Origin: Takakia lepidozioides
Lineage: Eukaryota > Plantae > Bryophyta
DNA length: 64,000 nt
Assembly (NCBI GenBank): GCA_030704615.1
Contig: CM060733.1
Span: 59,830,001-59,894,000 of the forward strand
Direction of reading: 5' to 3'
Part shown: piece by piece, positions 1 to 13,091 of the stretch
How the letters are laid out: each line of letters starts with the position of its first letter
Position numbering within the stretch: position 1 is the stretch's first letter
Translations under genes and position numbers: made by a program
Notes under the pieces: generated by a model
Seen by the model: only the letters and a program-made list of their open reading frames with translations
Database searches by the model: none
What the model was told of the DNA's origin: nothing

Positions 1-176
1 CATTCATGGGTTTGGGAATAAGTTACGGGTTTCACTCGTCCACAAGTGTTTTCTCTATTCAGTTGTCAGTTGGTGTCTGTTTAGCTTTAACCCCACCTTC
101 CACCTATTGGAGGTTGTGGAATGGCAGACTTAATCTATCTTTGCATTGCAAGTGACACGATGCAAATTGGTGGCAG

Positions 177-1827
177 GCTGAAAAAGTGACAGTTGTGTTT
201 CCAATGCGATACAAGGACAGCAATGATATCATTCTTGCAACTTCATTTCTGCAGGTGAAAGTCAGCTTCTGGAGAACACATTTTTTCTGCCACTGGGGTC
301 TATGACATGCTACAATCTATAAGTCGCGGTGGACCAGAATCCACGGTATTATGTGTTAGATGAGATCAAGGACAATGGACATTCTTTAACAATCAGGTCG
401 TGTGTACTAGAATGACTACTACATTGGCCTTGTGTTTACTTGTGAGCATCCGTACGTAATGCATCTCATCATGATCCTATCTTGGGTGGCCAGTAGATTC
501 TTGGCTCAAGGGTGGAAGTTAGAGACCTTTTTATTGCTGCCATCTCACCATGGTGGCAACTTGGAGCGTGAGACAGTTGACAGTGTTGTGGGAGGTTTAG
601 TATGTTCACACTGCATAGGAGGGTGGGTGGTGGGAGGCAGGAGTTCATGGAGGCTAGGCGGTCAGCAGGACTGAGTACAGCACCTCCTTGCTTATGGTCG
701 CCAATTCCACCTCTTGAACTGAAAGGAGCACCAGCCCATGCATTGGATGCCAACTCTGGTTTTGTTTCTTTTGGTACTTCCCTCGGGACTTTAAAGTTCA
801 GGCAATGACGAGTTGTTTTGATCTGGAGATGATAGTTCCAATCTCATTCTGCCAATGTTACAGATATCACAGCCATTTATGTTATCTTGGCTGGTTAGTC
901 TCTCCTATGCATTCTTTAGGCCCAATTGTATCTTGAGAGTCTTAATTATATGTATGCAAAATGTGGTCGTTGCCTGACTCTGCTGGTTCATGCAATAAAA
1001 CACATGCTCTGTTGATCATGTACTTTGTGATGGTGCCTGTAGTAATCTTCCCCCGCCATGTTGAGGGTGACAAGCTGGATAAGATAGTTTGGAACCTTTC
1101 GACGTTTTATGCTTATGTCAGTTACCATATAAAGGTACACCAAGTCACTGACCCGCTCTTGGTAATGAAATTGAGATGCGTTGGGGCATTTAACCCCACC
1201 ACTGTTGCCAGGCCTCTCAGAGGCGAGAAGAGATCGGAAGACTCTATATCGTCCGTCACAATGCGAGTGTCTTCCTCCATCCTCCATTCTTTGTTACCTT
1301 ATTAGGTCGTAAGTTATGCTCCTGGCATGTCACACATATTGCCAGTTTCAGTGACACATTCTAAACTAGTGGTTTGAAGTCCTGGAGAATCAAGCGCATG
1401 GGAGAAACATGTGTAGTATAGATCAAAAAACAGTCAAAATTGTGGTTTCCGTGAAAAGTGATGCATCCTGTGCCTGTCTGACCTGAATACTGTACGGATT
1501 GTTGGAAGTTTGACTACCTCTTGTTTTTCTCAATGGCTGTAGAAAATGTGTCTAACATCTGTTTGGCATCCCTCTTGTGTTTTCAGTGCTCTAAGGCTTT
1601 CATGCACACTCGAATGCGAAGACGAGTGGAAACATTAATACAGGTACAATGAAGCTTCCTTCTCGCAGAGTGTGTTGCTGATTTCAAATGGGCATCGTGA
1701 CTGTGTTTGTATGGAAAGCAATATGAAGTCAATGTTGGGTGTTATGCAGGCACTGAATAGAGCAAAACCTGAAGTTGAGAAGAAGAAAAAAACTGCACAA
1801 GGTCGCAGTTTCAAGCGTTCTGTATAG
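177..1827 (+). CDS. ARPC2: Arp2/3 complex subunit 2 (p34-Arc), 3' exons only; gene starts upstream of the window
   Basis: GT-AG exons 177-254, 641-773, 1043-1134, 1587-1643 and 1750-1827 splice in frame to AEKVTVVFPMRYKDSNDIILATSFLQ-EFMEARRSAGLSTAPPCLWSPIPPLELKG...GFVSFVIFPRHVEGDKLDKIVWNLSTFYAYVSYHIK-CSKAFMHTRMRRRVETLIQ-ALNRAKPEVEKKKKTAQGRSFKRSV*, which matches the plant ARPC2 C-terminus. Confidence 0.93.
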
Positions 1828-4260
1828 ACCCAAAGCAAAATGTGGTAAATACTGGTTGCTGATGATTTGCGCCACAAGCCCCTGTCCCCACTTCAATTAA
1901 GGATTCATGGTGGAACAACAATTCCACATCATTGGAGAAATTGGAGAAAGGACCTCACTATGTGCCGCTGCATTGAGCGTTGTGCAGCATCAGCATGCAA
2001 TAATGCACTTGGGCGATCCCACCAGGATTCCATGAGGTCACATACTGTAAGAAGTGCGAAAGGTTGATGGATGCAATCATCCAGCTTGGATCCACATTAT
2101 GGTTGTTCACCATGCAATATGCAAACATGCCCATGCTTTTTAGAGGCCACTGCAGGAGAGAGACCACACAATGGTATAATTGTCTGATTAGTGTCACATT
2201 CTCCCGTGCTCAGAAAGTTTTCAAAGTTTCCTATGAGGAGAATGTGATGGGTGAATTTCAGCTCCTGTAGGCAGGATTAAGTCTTGGTCAATCACGATCA
2301 AAACAAACCCCTCGAATGACTGAAAAAGATTTAGTAACATGTATTTTTTGGACCTCTCAGGCCTTGCAACGCCAGGTGCTTGATATATTCAACTAAGGAC
2401 ACGTCGAAACAAACAGGCATTCTTTCTGCAAGTTCTTAGAAGGGAAGACTCTGATGAAACTTGTCTTTGCATTGTGCGTGCAATGGACTGTACACATACA
2501 TGCATTATGCTTCGGCTCGGTTCTCAGCCTGCCAGCCTTCTTGTGACACATGCTGAAGCTCCACAGAAGAGGCTCTCGGTTCTTGCAGTATCTGTACATC
2601 AACTTCCAAAGATACAAGCTTTTCCTGCAATCTCATGGATACCTTTATACCTCAATTGTGAGCCATGTTGTGCTGATTTAGTATCGGTCCTCGGAGTGTG
2701 TGACTAATATTATATTTTTTCTTAATTAGTGAGCTGATTATGGGGGCCCTCATTTTAGATTATTCTTTACAATCAAGTGTAACACTTGGTACAATGGAAA
2801 GTGGTTGTCACCATTTTGATTGTGAGCTTCGGAACAATTTTCCAAGCAAGGGACTTGCCTATTTTTCGCATCAATTCCCGGAATTAAACTCTTACCTCCT
2901 TCAAAATAATGCACCTTGTAGTTGCATTGAAGATTTTTCCATCTTTCAAGGGTAGCTATGGGGTCATTGGCATCTATAGGACGTCCATGACTATGAGTAG
3001 ATGGTCGAAAATTGGGATCAACTTCACGAATACATGCAAATGTTGGCAAAACATTTGCCTCTAAACATTCAATCATGAGGCTCATACTTCCAAATGCAAA
3101 TTGAATGAATTTTGGAGAACGTTCTATCTCCATATTCCCGAAAGTACATAGAGAAGGATCGTTACCGATTGCACATAGTTCCACATCATTGTCAATATGG
3201 AAAGATCCATATGCCTCTTCGTGCTCGTCAAATTTGGATTCGTGTGTTGTCTCCAATCCACCATCAATATCCAACTTTAACATCCGAAAGCTAAAAATAT
3301 GCTTTCTCAAAAAGAGGAGGTGAAAGAGGCTCACCATATATGTGCGCACTTTCAAAAGTCTCCTCCAAACTTGCGACATATTCCAGCTTATCTTCAAAGT
3401 CCGAGAGATAAATAAATGCATCGCTGGCCTGTCGCGCAATGACCAACCCCCTACGGCGGCCGGGTGCCCCGTGGACTCGGCAACGCCGACCCCCCCCCCC
3501 CCCCCCGGGGCAGTGGGGTGCCCCAAGGCCGGGTCCCAAGCCAGGGTGCCCTCCGCACGGTCTACTACTCTCGCTCTCACCAAGTGCAGGCAAGGGCTTC
3601 TCCTATCCACTTTGCTATTTTTCGCGAATTCCAGCGACCAAAACACTTGAAATTCCAAATCTGCCACGTGAAGGGCCAATCATTGCTCCAAGAAAACCCA
3701 CTTTGCTATTTTTTGCGAATTTCCAGCGACCAGAAGTACTTGAAATTCAACATCTCCCACACCGCAGGTCCAAAAATCATGAGACCAAGCCTGTGCACCC
3801 CTCATCGAAGGCTTTCCAACAGCACCAAGCACCAACGTTGGGGCCCCGCAGTTTGGGAGATCTCAACAATGCTACAAAACAAACAAACAAACAACTCTCT
3901 CGATTCATATATTGATACGAGACAAGGCTGGTATTGACTTTTATATACCAACCGCCATACCAATATATATATATATATATATAAGAAGAGGGACAAAGGC
4001 CTCAACTTTTTATAGATTGAGGGGATATTAAAGAATCTCTTAACTACAGAGCATGTCCTAGGTAGAGCAATACTCCCCCACCATCTTCCTCATTTGCTCT
4101 GGTATGAGTATTCTATTTGTGATATTAGTATTGTATAAATATTCTATATAATTATATATGTGTATTCTACATACGGACTTTACAAGGTTTTTGCCTGCTA
4201 GATACCTGATAATTGATAAATTTATTAATTAAAAATGACATTGAATATACTCACATAGTC

Positions 4261-4697
4261 CAATATGGAGGGTCACTCATCGGGTCCACTTTATAGGTCC
4301 ACTCTAGAGGGTCCATTCTGTAGGTCACAAGTCGAGGCACCCACTCATCGGGTCCTCTCTTGAGGGTCCACTCTGCAGAATCATCTTTAGAGGGTACTCT
4401 GCAGGGTCCACTTTACAAGTAACAAGCCAAGGTGTCAACCCTTAAAGACCCTAATATATTGGTTGTATATTATTATTGCCTATGGCCCGGCCATTACGGA
4501 CCCACGGGGTCATCCGCAGTCACAGGCTGCCTCCGCCCACCTGGTCCACTCTAGAGGGTCCACCCGTTGGACCTCCACTCTGCCGGGTCCACTTTGTGGA
4601 TCCACTATGGAGGATCCACTTTGGAGGATCATCTCTACAGGGTACTCTGCAGGATCTAGTCTACAAATGACAAGCCAAGGTGTCCACCCGCCCTTAA
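4261..4697. repeat. Two diverged tandem units built from GGGTCCAC(T)-like motifs; probable old TE terminus
   Basis: Both units end ...GGGTACTCTGCAGG...ACAAGCCAAGGTGTC..CCCTTAA. Unit 1 continues directly AGACCCTAATAT; in unit 2 AGACCCTAATAT resumes only at 18216. Confidence 0.75.
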
Positions 4698-5140
4698 CCC
4701 TTAAGGGCCCGCCATTGGCCAAATTTCATCCCTAAAAAAAGTAACCTCTAGTTAGTTAACTGAGGCTACACACCTACCCTGATACATAAAAAAATGAACC
4801 TTACCAAGTTTATCTTGTCTACCATATACATCTACTCATCAAATTGTGGAAACATTCACTATAAATCATGAGAGATTTTAGTGTTTTAGTGAGAGGGTTT
4901 TGTTTTTTGGGATTTTGTAAAGTATAGAATTTGAACTTTGACCAAACTATTTAGGTAATGGGTGGATTTTTCCTGCTCCTGTCTCCCACATATAGAAATG
5001 TGGTATGTTGTCATAGCCAACTACTGTGGAAGTTTCAAATCAAACAACTTTTTCTTTTATTAGGGTCTTTTGTATGTGTTTGAGGTGAGGGCAAAATGTC
5101 CTCCATAGCTTATTAATTCAAAGTCAGCCCTCACAAGAAA

Positions 5141-5562
5141 GCCTCTCATTTTAAGATAATAGGGTCTTCAATGGGCACGTGCGATGTGGCCGGTGGGCCC
5201 CGCGCACGGACGCCCGGCTCCCCAGCACCCCGCCCTCCGCTTCGCGCGATCGCCTAGCCGCGGGCGCGGCTGCAGCAATCGCGCCCGCGCCCCCGTCCGC
5301 CGCGCGGCCAATTCCCCGCCCATGAGTCCGCGGCCCTCCAGTCTGCCAGTCCATTGCTGGCCAGTCCGCTGCCTAGCAGTCTGCCAGTCCGCCAGTCTGC
5401 CCGCCAGTCCGGTGCTGGCCAGTCCGGTGCCCAGCAGTCTGCCAATCCGCCAGTCTGCCCGCCAGTCCGCTGGCCAGTCCCCTGCCATCCAGTCCGTTGA
5501 CGGCGCAGGATCGCCACCGTCCATTCCCATAACCCATCCGAGCCCTCCATTTTTAGGGCTGC
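5141..5562. repeat. Left TIR of the MULE (GC-rich, with CAGTCYG array)
   Basis: Inverted match to 17328-17657, ending ...CCATTTTTAGGGCTGC; longer than the right TIR because of internal insertions. Confidence 0.92.
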
Positions 5563-7313
5563 GAAAATGGCAATGATCTTCCCACCAAATCCTGGCGCTC
5601 TCTTTTGACGGCTGTTTGTTGTCCGATGTTGCGGTAAGCGTTTCCAAGCACGCGACTGTTCCTCTTTTGCGCGCGATGTTCATGATGATGATGAAACGTG
5701 TGCTTGAACATGAGAAGACTGTCTGGGCACTACAGCCACCATCGTGCATATGCTTCCACTATTTTTGCCTTCTTGTTGTGCTTTCGGGAACCTTCGTTTT
5801 ATGGTTTGGTTCTATGTCATAAATATGGAAAATGCGGACATCTGTCGTCGATAATGTCCTCTGCTTGTGATCCGTCATGATACGTTTAGCCCCTTCATAC
5901 TGCATCCCTCATGAGAGCCTTCACAAGTTTAGTTCGTTAAAGGAACCCATGGGTAACATGGGCGCGAAAATGGTGGAAGCGTATGCACATGGGGGCGTGT
6001 ATTGCAGATTTCGTATCGGACGATGGGACTGTTTATGTGACCAAGTATAGCGGCTTGCATCCGTCGTGCATAAGTTGTGGAAAAGGGTGGAGAATCTGAA
6101 GAAACCCAGCTTTGTGATGGATCCACATGGTATTATATAAGGGATGGCAGCACAAAAAAGCAATTCGAGTCGTCAAGGAACACCATCCAGTCGTAAGGTC
6201 CTCAAACATCCACACGCACCTGCTGAATGCAGATGTCTGAGCCACGACGGGAGTAGGTGCAGAATCAGTACATTGTCGCATTTGCCAGGAGACGGACCAG
6301 GCTGAGACAATTGCATCTGCAAATGCGCGTGGATGTTTGAGGTCCGTTGTGTCGTGAGTCTGTTCACAGTGGGTCCGCTGGCCCGTCAGTGCTCCGGATA
6401 TTCCCCTTATCGCGTGCATAACAGTCAGTTTGGAGGCGGTCTGCTGGAAGTCCGTCTGTTGGATATCAGTCTATCGCACTTGTGAATTTGTCAGTCTGTT
6501 GTGTCGGAAGTCTGTTGCACTAAGTCTGTTTGACTTCTTATTTTCCCTCCGGTCAGTCTTTTGGCTTGTTCTCCCGCCAGTCTGCCGAAACGTCCGTTTG
6601 CTGGACAGTTCTCCTCTATGGATATCAGTCTGTTGGACTGTGCATGCATCAGTCTGTTGTGCCGCGAGTCTGTTCGCAATGGGTGTGTTCGACTTTCCTG
6701 TTCTCCCCTTAATCTCTTTTGTCTTCATTCCGCTGGCAGGGAAGTGGCTCCAATATGAAGCCGCTTCGCCTCAGCAAAGCGAATAGTCAACGGGACTGGC
6801 GGTCCGGTGGACTCTCGGCCCGATGGGAAATGAGTCTGCTGCACTTGCGAGGACCGTGGATGAATTTAGTACGATGCGTTCGTTCGGTGGACGTATTCAA
6901 TGCGATGACGGCGGATAGTTGGCGCCTGTGAAATCGCGGCACGTTGGCAGTGCCATGCCCGCTTTCCCCCTTCTACTTCTACTTTCTTCTCATGTTCCCT
7001 GTGCGATCGACTCCATTCTCTTCGTGCCTATTTCTTCGCACTGTTTTGCACTGTTTTGTTTTCCTCTTTGCGTTTCCATCACCGTAACAAAAGACGACCG
7101 TTCTTCCCCAGGTGTGGAGAGTCGCGGTGAGCCGCGAACCGTCGCAAACACACTCGCCTTCGTAACAACTCGAAGTTCATCAGCTCGGTGAGGTTCTCAC
7201 TTGCTGCGGTGTTTCCATTCCATTCTGTGTCCTCTTCTTGCTTAGGGTGAGTCTTTTCATAGGACTTCTATCTGTCGCTCATTGTCCTTGCACCTTCGTT
7301 TCATTCTGCAGCG

Positions 7314-10300
7314 ATGGAGGATGCTTGTGAAAAGGGTGGAGCGGACTGGGTGGATTTTGTGCACCAAACCAGACTGAAGAAGGAGCGAAGGTACTGGTAC
7401 TCACCAGACGAGTTTGATCATAAAATTGTGGAAGCATTTGTAGACCTCCGCGCCCGGAAGCCCAAAAACTCGAATTGGCAGAAGGACAAGCTCTTCTGTC
7501 TCTTCTGTGAAGAGGTTATCAAGGACAAAATCCAACTAAATCGGCATTGTGTTGACACGGGTTGCAAGGAGACTGTTGCAATGATTCCATGGGATTTCAA
7601 GCCTTGGCCGATACTGAAAGAAATGTCGATTGTCAAAGAGGCCACAATGCGCTTGCGCGGATCAGTGCTTGACCCCCGCACTTTGGAATTAGACGAAGTG
7701 CGCGCACGGTATGGCGTCCATTGTGGTGGCCCGTCAATGGAGGATTTGCAAGTGCAGGGAACGCCGGACGCTCCCAGAAAACGTAAACTGAGTGATGGGG
7801 CCCAAACGAAGGAGAGGCAAAAAAAGGAGAAGGCTGCAAGGTCTGCTCGCGAGGCAAGGGCAAAATCCACGCAACAGACTGAACCCCGTCCTGGGCGGCA
7901 GACCCACACCATCAGTACTGATACTGAAAGTGAATCTGCTCAGGGCCTGGAAGGGGTGACAAGTCCAGTGGACATTGACTTGCCTGACCAGACTCGGCAG
8001 CAGACTCACACAAATATCGCGACCCATGCCATCGGTTTAGGGTCAAAACCAAAAACTCAACAGAGCACTGAAGGGCCAGTCTGCCCTGGCACATTGCGCC
8101 TCGTTGACTTTGGGCTTTTCCCACCTGAGTGCCCACCAATTGGGGATCCAGACTTCTTCCGTTATTTCTACAGAGTTGCCCAGTCAGGTCTGCTACGCAC
8201 ATTCATCCGACAGGCGGAACAGAACTGGTTGAACAGCTTTGAAGATGAAGATGACGATGATGAAGTAGAGGAGGTAATGGTCAGTCTGACCGCCCAGTCT
8301 GTTCTCTGTGCTGTTTGAGTCCATCATCGGGGTCACGTTGCCTATTCAGTCTGGTCAGTCCGCTGCGTTCTCTCCTCAGTCCGCTGGCTCACTCCGCTCG
8401 TCAGTTAGTCTGTTTTATATCGCTGCATTACTTACTGAGTCCGTTTGTCAGTCCGCTGTCCAGTCCACTGGTATAGTCTACTAGTTGCCTCCACCCTACG
8501 TACGCACGTTACAGTCTGCTGGTCTGTGAGTCCAGTCCGCTGCATGAGGTGAATATAGAGTCCACGTCCATGTTCCTGACGTCCAAGTTCTCTGCCGTGT
8601 ACCAGGATGAACGTGTTTCTATTCGTAGGGCCATTCAGGCTTGGCGGATACCTAGCAATGATGCTCTTTTACAAGCGACTGCAGTGCGTGCGGAAGTGGA
8701 CCGCGTGCGAGAGTACATATTATTGAAGTATCCTGGGTCATCTGCTGCTATAGCGGCATTACATATTCAAGACACGTTGGGGGGGGGGATGCGTCTGGGA
8801 CAGCCGAGTCTGCCATCCAGCAGACTCCCATTCAGCAGGCCGTCATCCAGCAGACTCCCGTTCAGCAGCCTGTCATCCAGCAGACTCCAACGGAGCAGAC
8901 TCCCAACGAGCAGCCTGTCATCCTGCAGACTCCTCTCCAGGAGCCCATCATGCAGCCCATGCCAATGGGAAGTCCTGTCATCCAACAGACTGCGGACCAG
9001 CAGACTGACCAGCAGACTGCCTTTCTCTCACATAGCACGACGCTTTTTGCAGTTTGGCGATCGCCATCACCGGTAATTCGACCCGGAGCTGAAGACCTCA
9101 CACTTCCCCGGCTTAGGGTGGGAGAAATTAATCCCCATTTGGATTGGCATAATGAGCTCCACCGGATTGTTGCGGACCGCCGGTGGTCATTTGTACCCTT
9201 TCATTATTCCATGGAGTTTTCTATTGAGGAAGCCAACCATGTTCTAGAAGCCGCCTCTGCTGTTGCCATTGAAGCCACAAGCGACCAAAATGCGCCGCCT
9301 CTACTTGTGCAGCTGATTCTCATGGATGACCCTGAAGACCTCAGACATATGCCTATGGCACATCCAACCTTTGGGGTGCGAAGAAAGCACTTGTTCGGAT
9401 TGACTGAGGAGGACTTTGAGCGCATGGCAGCTTCCTTCCTACAACACAGATGGATGCAATTTGGCAATTTCCGCTCATACAACAAGTTGATGAAGGATCT
9501 GCATAGTTTGAGGATGGACTTACTCCATGGAACAGACCATTCACAGAAGTTTGTGGTGGATGACGCATTGCACTGGTTTGCATTGGTGATGGAGCGAGCA
9601 GTATTCGACATTGTTTTGCAGAATCCCAATGTCTTCAAAGTCCTGTGGTGTGGGATCCCAACTGAAGACCGCATCGGCGCCATTGCTCATCTCGATGGAG
9701 CATGCCTGTGCCGGCAAATCAAGGACATTGGCCTCGTCGGAAATCTCTTGAAGGTAAAATGTTATGGGCAACTTTCGTGTTTCAGCTCAATTTCTTTTGC
9801 CAACTTTTTTACAAGTTCACATTTGCATAAACATGTGTTGCAGGGCGAGTTGATCTGGGAGACAAGCAAGTGCAGGCTGCTTTCGACTCTTTTGCCAGAG
9901 GTGCAAGGGACCTTGTCCTGGCTTTACAAGGAGTTCGGGAGACTGTCCAGCAGACTGGCCACAAGAATGTCGAACAACATATTCCCCACGACACATGTGG
10001 GCAGACTGCCCAAGTCTGGAGACCGAGCATGTGCACCAGACCGTCCCGGGTAATAGGCCGGATCACTCCCAGCAGACTGCCCCGCACACACATACTCAGT
10101 ATGTGCAAACAGTACTGAGCGGAGCGAACTTTGCAGACTTTGCAGCAGACCGGAGAACAGACCGGCCAACAGACTGCCCCTCAGCCGACTGTGCAGCAGA
10201 CCAGCGAACATGGCCACCAGACTGCCCCTCAGCAGACTGTACAGTAGACCGACGAATCCAGCCAGCAGATTGCCCCTCAGCAGACCGTGCAGCAGACCGG

Positions 10301-13091
10301 CAAATCCAGCCAGCAGATTGCCCCTCAGCAGACTGTGCAGCACACTGGCGAACCCACTCAGCAGATGGCCGAGCAGACTATCCAGGAGACTAACAGCCAG
10401 TCTGTTCCCTGGATTGTGCAACAGACTCGGATGCACTGGCCTCACCGGGACCCTGTGGACGAATTTCTGCTGAGTTCCCAACAACATGTTTTTGGATCTG
10501 CCAGTATGAGTGTTTTGACCGAGTCCACTTTTCCCCCAGGCACATTCACTGACGACGTCATCAGGTCACCGGTAAAGCATTCTTATCCAGCTCCCCGTGG
10601 CCTGCCTTCTATGACCTTCCAGCTTAGTCCCGTTTTCGTGCGCTCAGTGGCGAAAGCGAAAGCCATAGATGAGTCTTACGTGATGACCGAACTCAATCTG
10701 GGAACGCAAAACCGTATCATAGATCTTACAGAAGAGTCTGAGGAAGCAATTGCCGGTGGGTCTTCCATACATGTTCTTGATGTTTCCCAAGTCCATGGAG
10801 ATCCGAACACCCAGCCGGCTGTCCACCAGACTGACCAGCACACTGAACAGTGGACACATGGAAGGACTGCCGAGCAACCTGTGGCGGGGCAGCATACTGT
10901 CTTCATTGATGAGCAGACTGAACCGCAGACTAACCAGCAGACTGCACAGGTCACAGATGGAAGGACTGACCAGGATGGCTCGGAGCGGCAGACTGCACAG
11001 CTCAGCTCTGACTGCACAGTTCAGACTGCACGGCCTGACCAGCACACTGCACACTTCACAGAGGGAAGGACTGACGACCAACCTGCCACCGAGCACATTG
11101 CCCACATTGAGGAAGAGACTGAACCGCAGAGTTGCCAGCAGACTGCACAGTTCACAGACGAAAGGACTGACGAAGAACCGGCGGCCGAGCAGACTGCCCA
11201 CATTGAGCAACAGACTGAACATGCTGGCAGGCACACTGACAAGGAACCACATGCGGCGCAGACACCGTCTGGTATAGCGCTGGATTACATGGAGTCTGCT
11301 CCCTCACCCCTTGGGCAGGTTGTGTCATTTCCTCTTTCAGCACTGTTGTTTATGTTTTAGCACATTGTGAAATTGGGCTAATTCGTCATTTTGCTCGGTA
11401 TCCTCACAGGATGTTCGTCCCTCCGTCGGCAGACTGTCTACTTCTGAGGACATGACATCTTCCGCCCATGCTGCAAACGTGGGATCGACAACCAAGAAAG
11501 GTGTGGGGGTGAGCACGCCCCCCGATGCGCGGGTCAGTTCTACGCATGCGACCCACGAAGCTGCAAAGACAGGTCCAGCAAGTGTAAACAAACCTGCTGA
11601 CCAGCCTCTGTTGCGAAGTAGGGCGGCAGCGCTGCGTTTGTCTGCTCTATCCAGCCCGCCTACAGCTGTCCCTGCTTCCCAGGGGAGAGGCAAAGCCAAG
11701 AAGCGGACTGTCGTGGACCATGCTGAGGAGGTCGAGGAGGGTCCGAGTACCAAGAGACCGGCGAAGAAAAAGTCTGGCGTCTTTATGAACAAGAACCGCA
11801 AGCTGGCCTTGGACATGGACAAAGATGTGGGTCGTTTCCTGGAGCAGCACAGGTGAGTACTGTGCTCAGTCTCCTCGTCTGTCTTTGTCGTTAAGTGCTT
11901 TGCGCTCTGTTGTGGTCAGTCTGCACGCTGGTCAGTCTGCTGCTGGTTTCATCATTGTCTGTTGTGGTTAGTCTTGTCAGTCTGATGAATTGTTCAGCCT
12001 GTAGAGTGTTTGGTACCATGTTGACGTCAGTCTGTTCAGTACATGAGGCTTCCCGAAGGATGGTCTGCTCTGTGCAGGATGGGTGCTCGGTTTGGCAAAG
12101 CACATGCTCTGCACGTGAAGGCGGGTAATTCCATGCTGATGTTTTTTGAAGGGGACCCACGGTTTGAATGCGGACTGTCGCCGGATGACATAAAGGCGCT
12201 CCAGAAGGTTGAGTCGGAGTGCACAGATAGACTCCTGGAGCTGTGGTGTCGATTCTATGAGAAGTCGGTTGAGGCTGCGTTCACCAACACTATTGCTGTT
12301 CTTCCAACGTCGACGTGGACGGTGTTGAAGTCATTGGGGGTGGGGCAACATGAAAGCCTTCTGGAGGTCTTGAAAGGTTGCCTCAGCACTGAACGACTGG
12401 GCAAGGACTTGAAAGAGTGCGATTTCATTTTGGTGCCAATTGGGGACGAGTAAGAACTCTTCCGAGTCTGCTGAGACTGTCTCCTGAGTCATAGTCTGGT
12501 TTCGCAGTGTCGTCTTGACTCTGAGCGATTAAGTTGACCTCTGTATTTGTGCAGTGGACTGGGTTTGAAGATTGAGTCTGCTGAGTGGTCGGTCTGCTGA
12601 GTGTCAGTCTGCTGAGTCTGCCCATCATGATTGTGCAATGACGCCATGTTGTTTGATACCATTGCAGGGGGCACTGGAGTGTTTGTATCATCGACCTCCG
12701 CAAGGGCTGTTACACTCACCTGAACTCTATCAGGGACTCGCATAAATGTCCCTTTGTTCTAGGGTGGATTCGGAAGCTTCATGCTGAGTGCTTAGGGTAC
12801 TCGATGGACTCACCAGAGTGGCATGAGATTGTCCAAGCATTTCAGTTCCACGCGCCTGATGTGCCCCAGCAACCATTCAGCTGGGAGTGTGGCTTTTACG
12901 TCATGTCATTCATTCAAGTGTTTTATGAGTGGGTAAAAGTCAGAGCAAATGTCTCCAAGACTGCAAAGCCAGAGAGAGGAACACCTTTCACGAAGGACTG
13001 GTTTACTTTCAAGTTTGCACTTGGGCAGCGAATGCAGTGTGCCCAGTATATCGTGCGGGGGTTGGACAATGTAGAGAAACTGCTCTCATGA
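7314..13091 (+). pseudogene. MULE accessory gene: C2HC zinc finger, Q/T-rich repeats, C-terminal Ulp1/C48-like protease; disrupted in this copy
   Basis: Exons approx. 7314-8273, 8606-9753, 9844-11319, 11411-11852, 12078-12449, 12668-13091 with GT-AG ends. Motifs: FCLFCEEVIKDKIQLNRHCVDTGC; NLS-like PRKRKL; DFILVPIGD-E-GHWSVCIID...THLNS...VPQQPFSWECGFYV. Lesions: frameshift at G10 tract 8779-8788, in-frame TAG at 10245-10247, probable further shifts near 9950-10140. Confidence 0.8.

Noticed and set aside
2750-3937. 309-aa minus-strand ORF, C-tract and a duplicated CCACTTTGCTATTTTT block
   Set aside because: Looks like a TE remnant, but I could not assign a family, matching ends or a TSD.
5151-5749. 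GC-rich ORFs in the TIRs (also 17158-17660) and in the transposase intron (15114-15612)
   Set aside because: Artefacts of stop-poor motif arrays; no domain signal.
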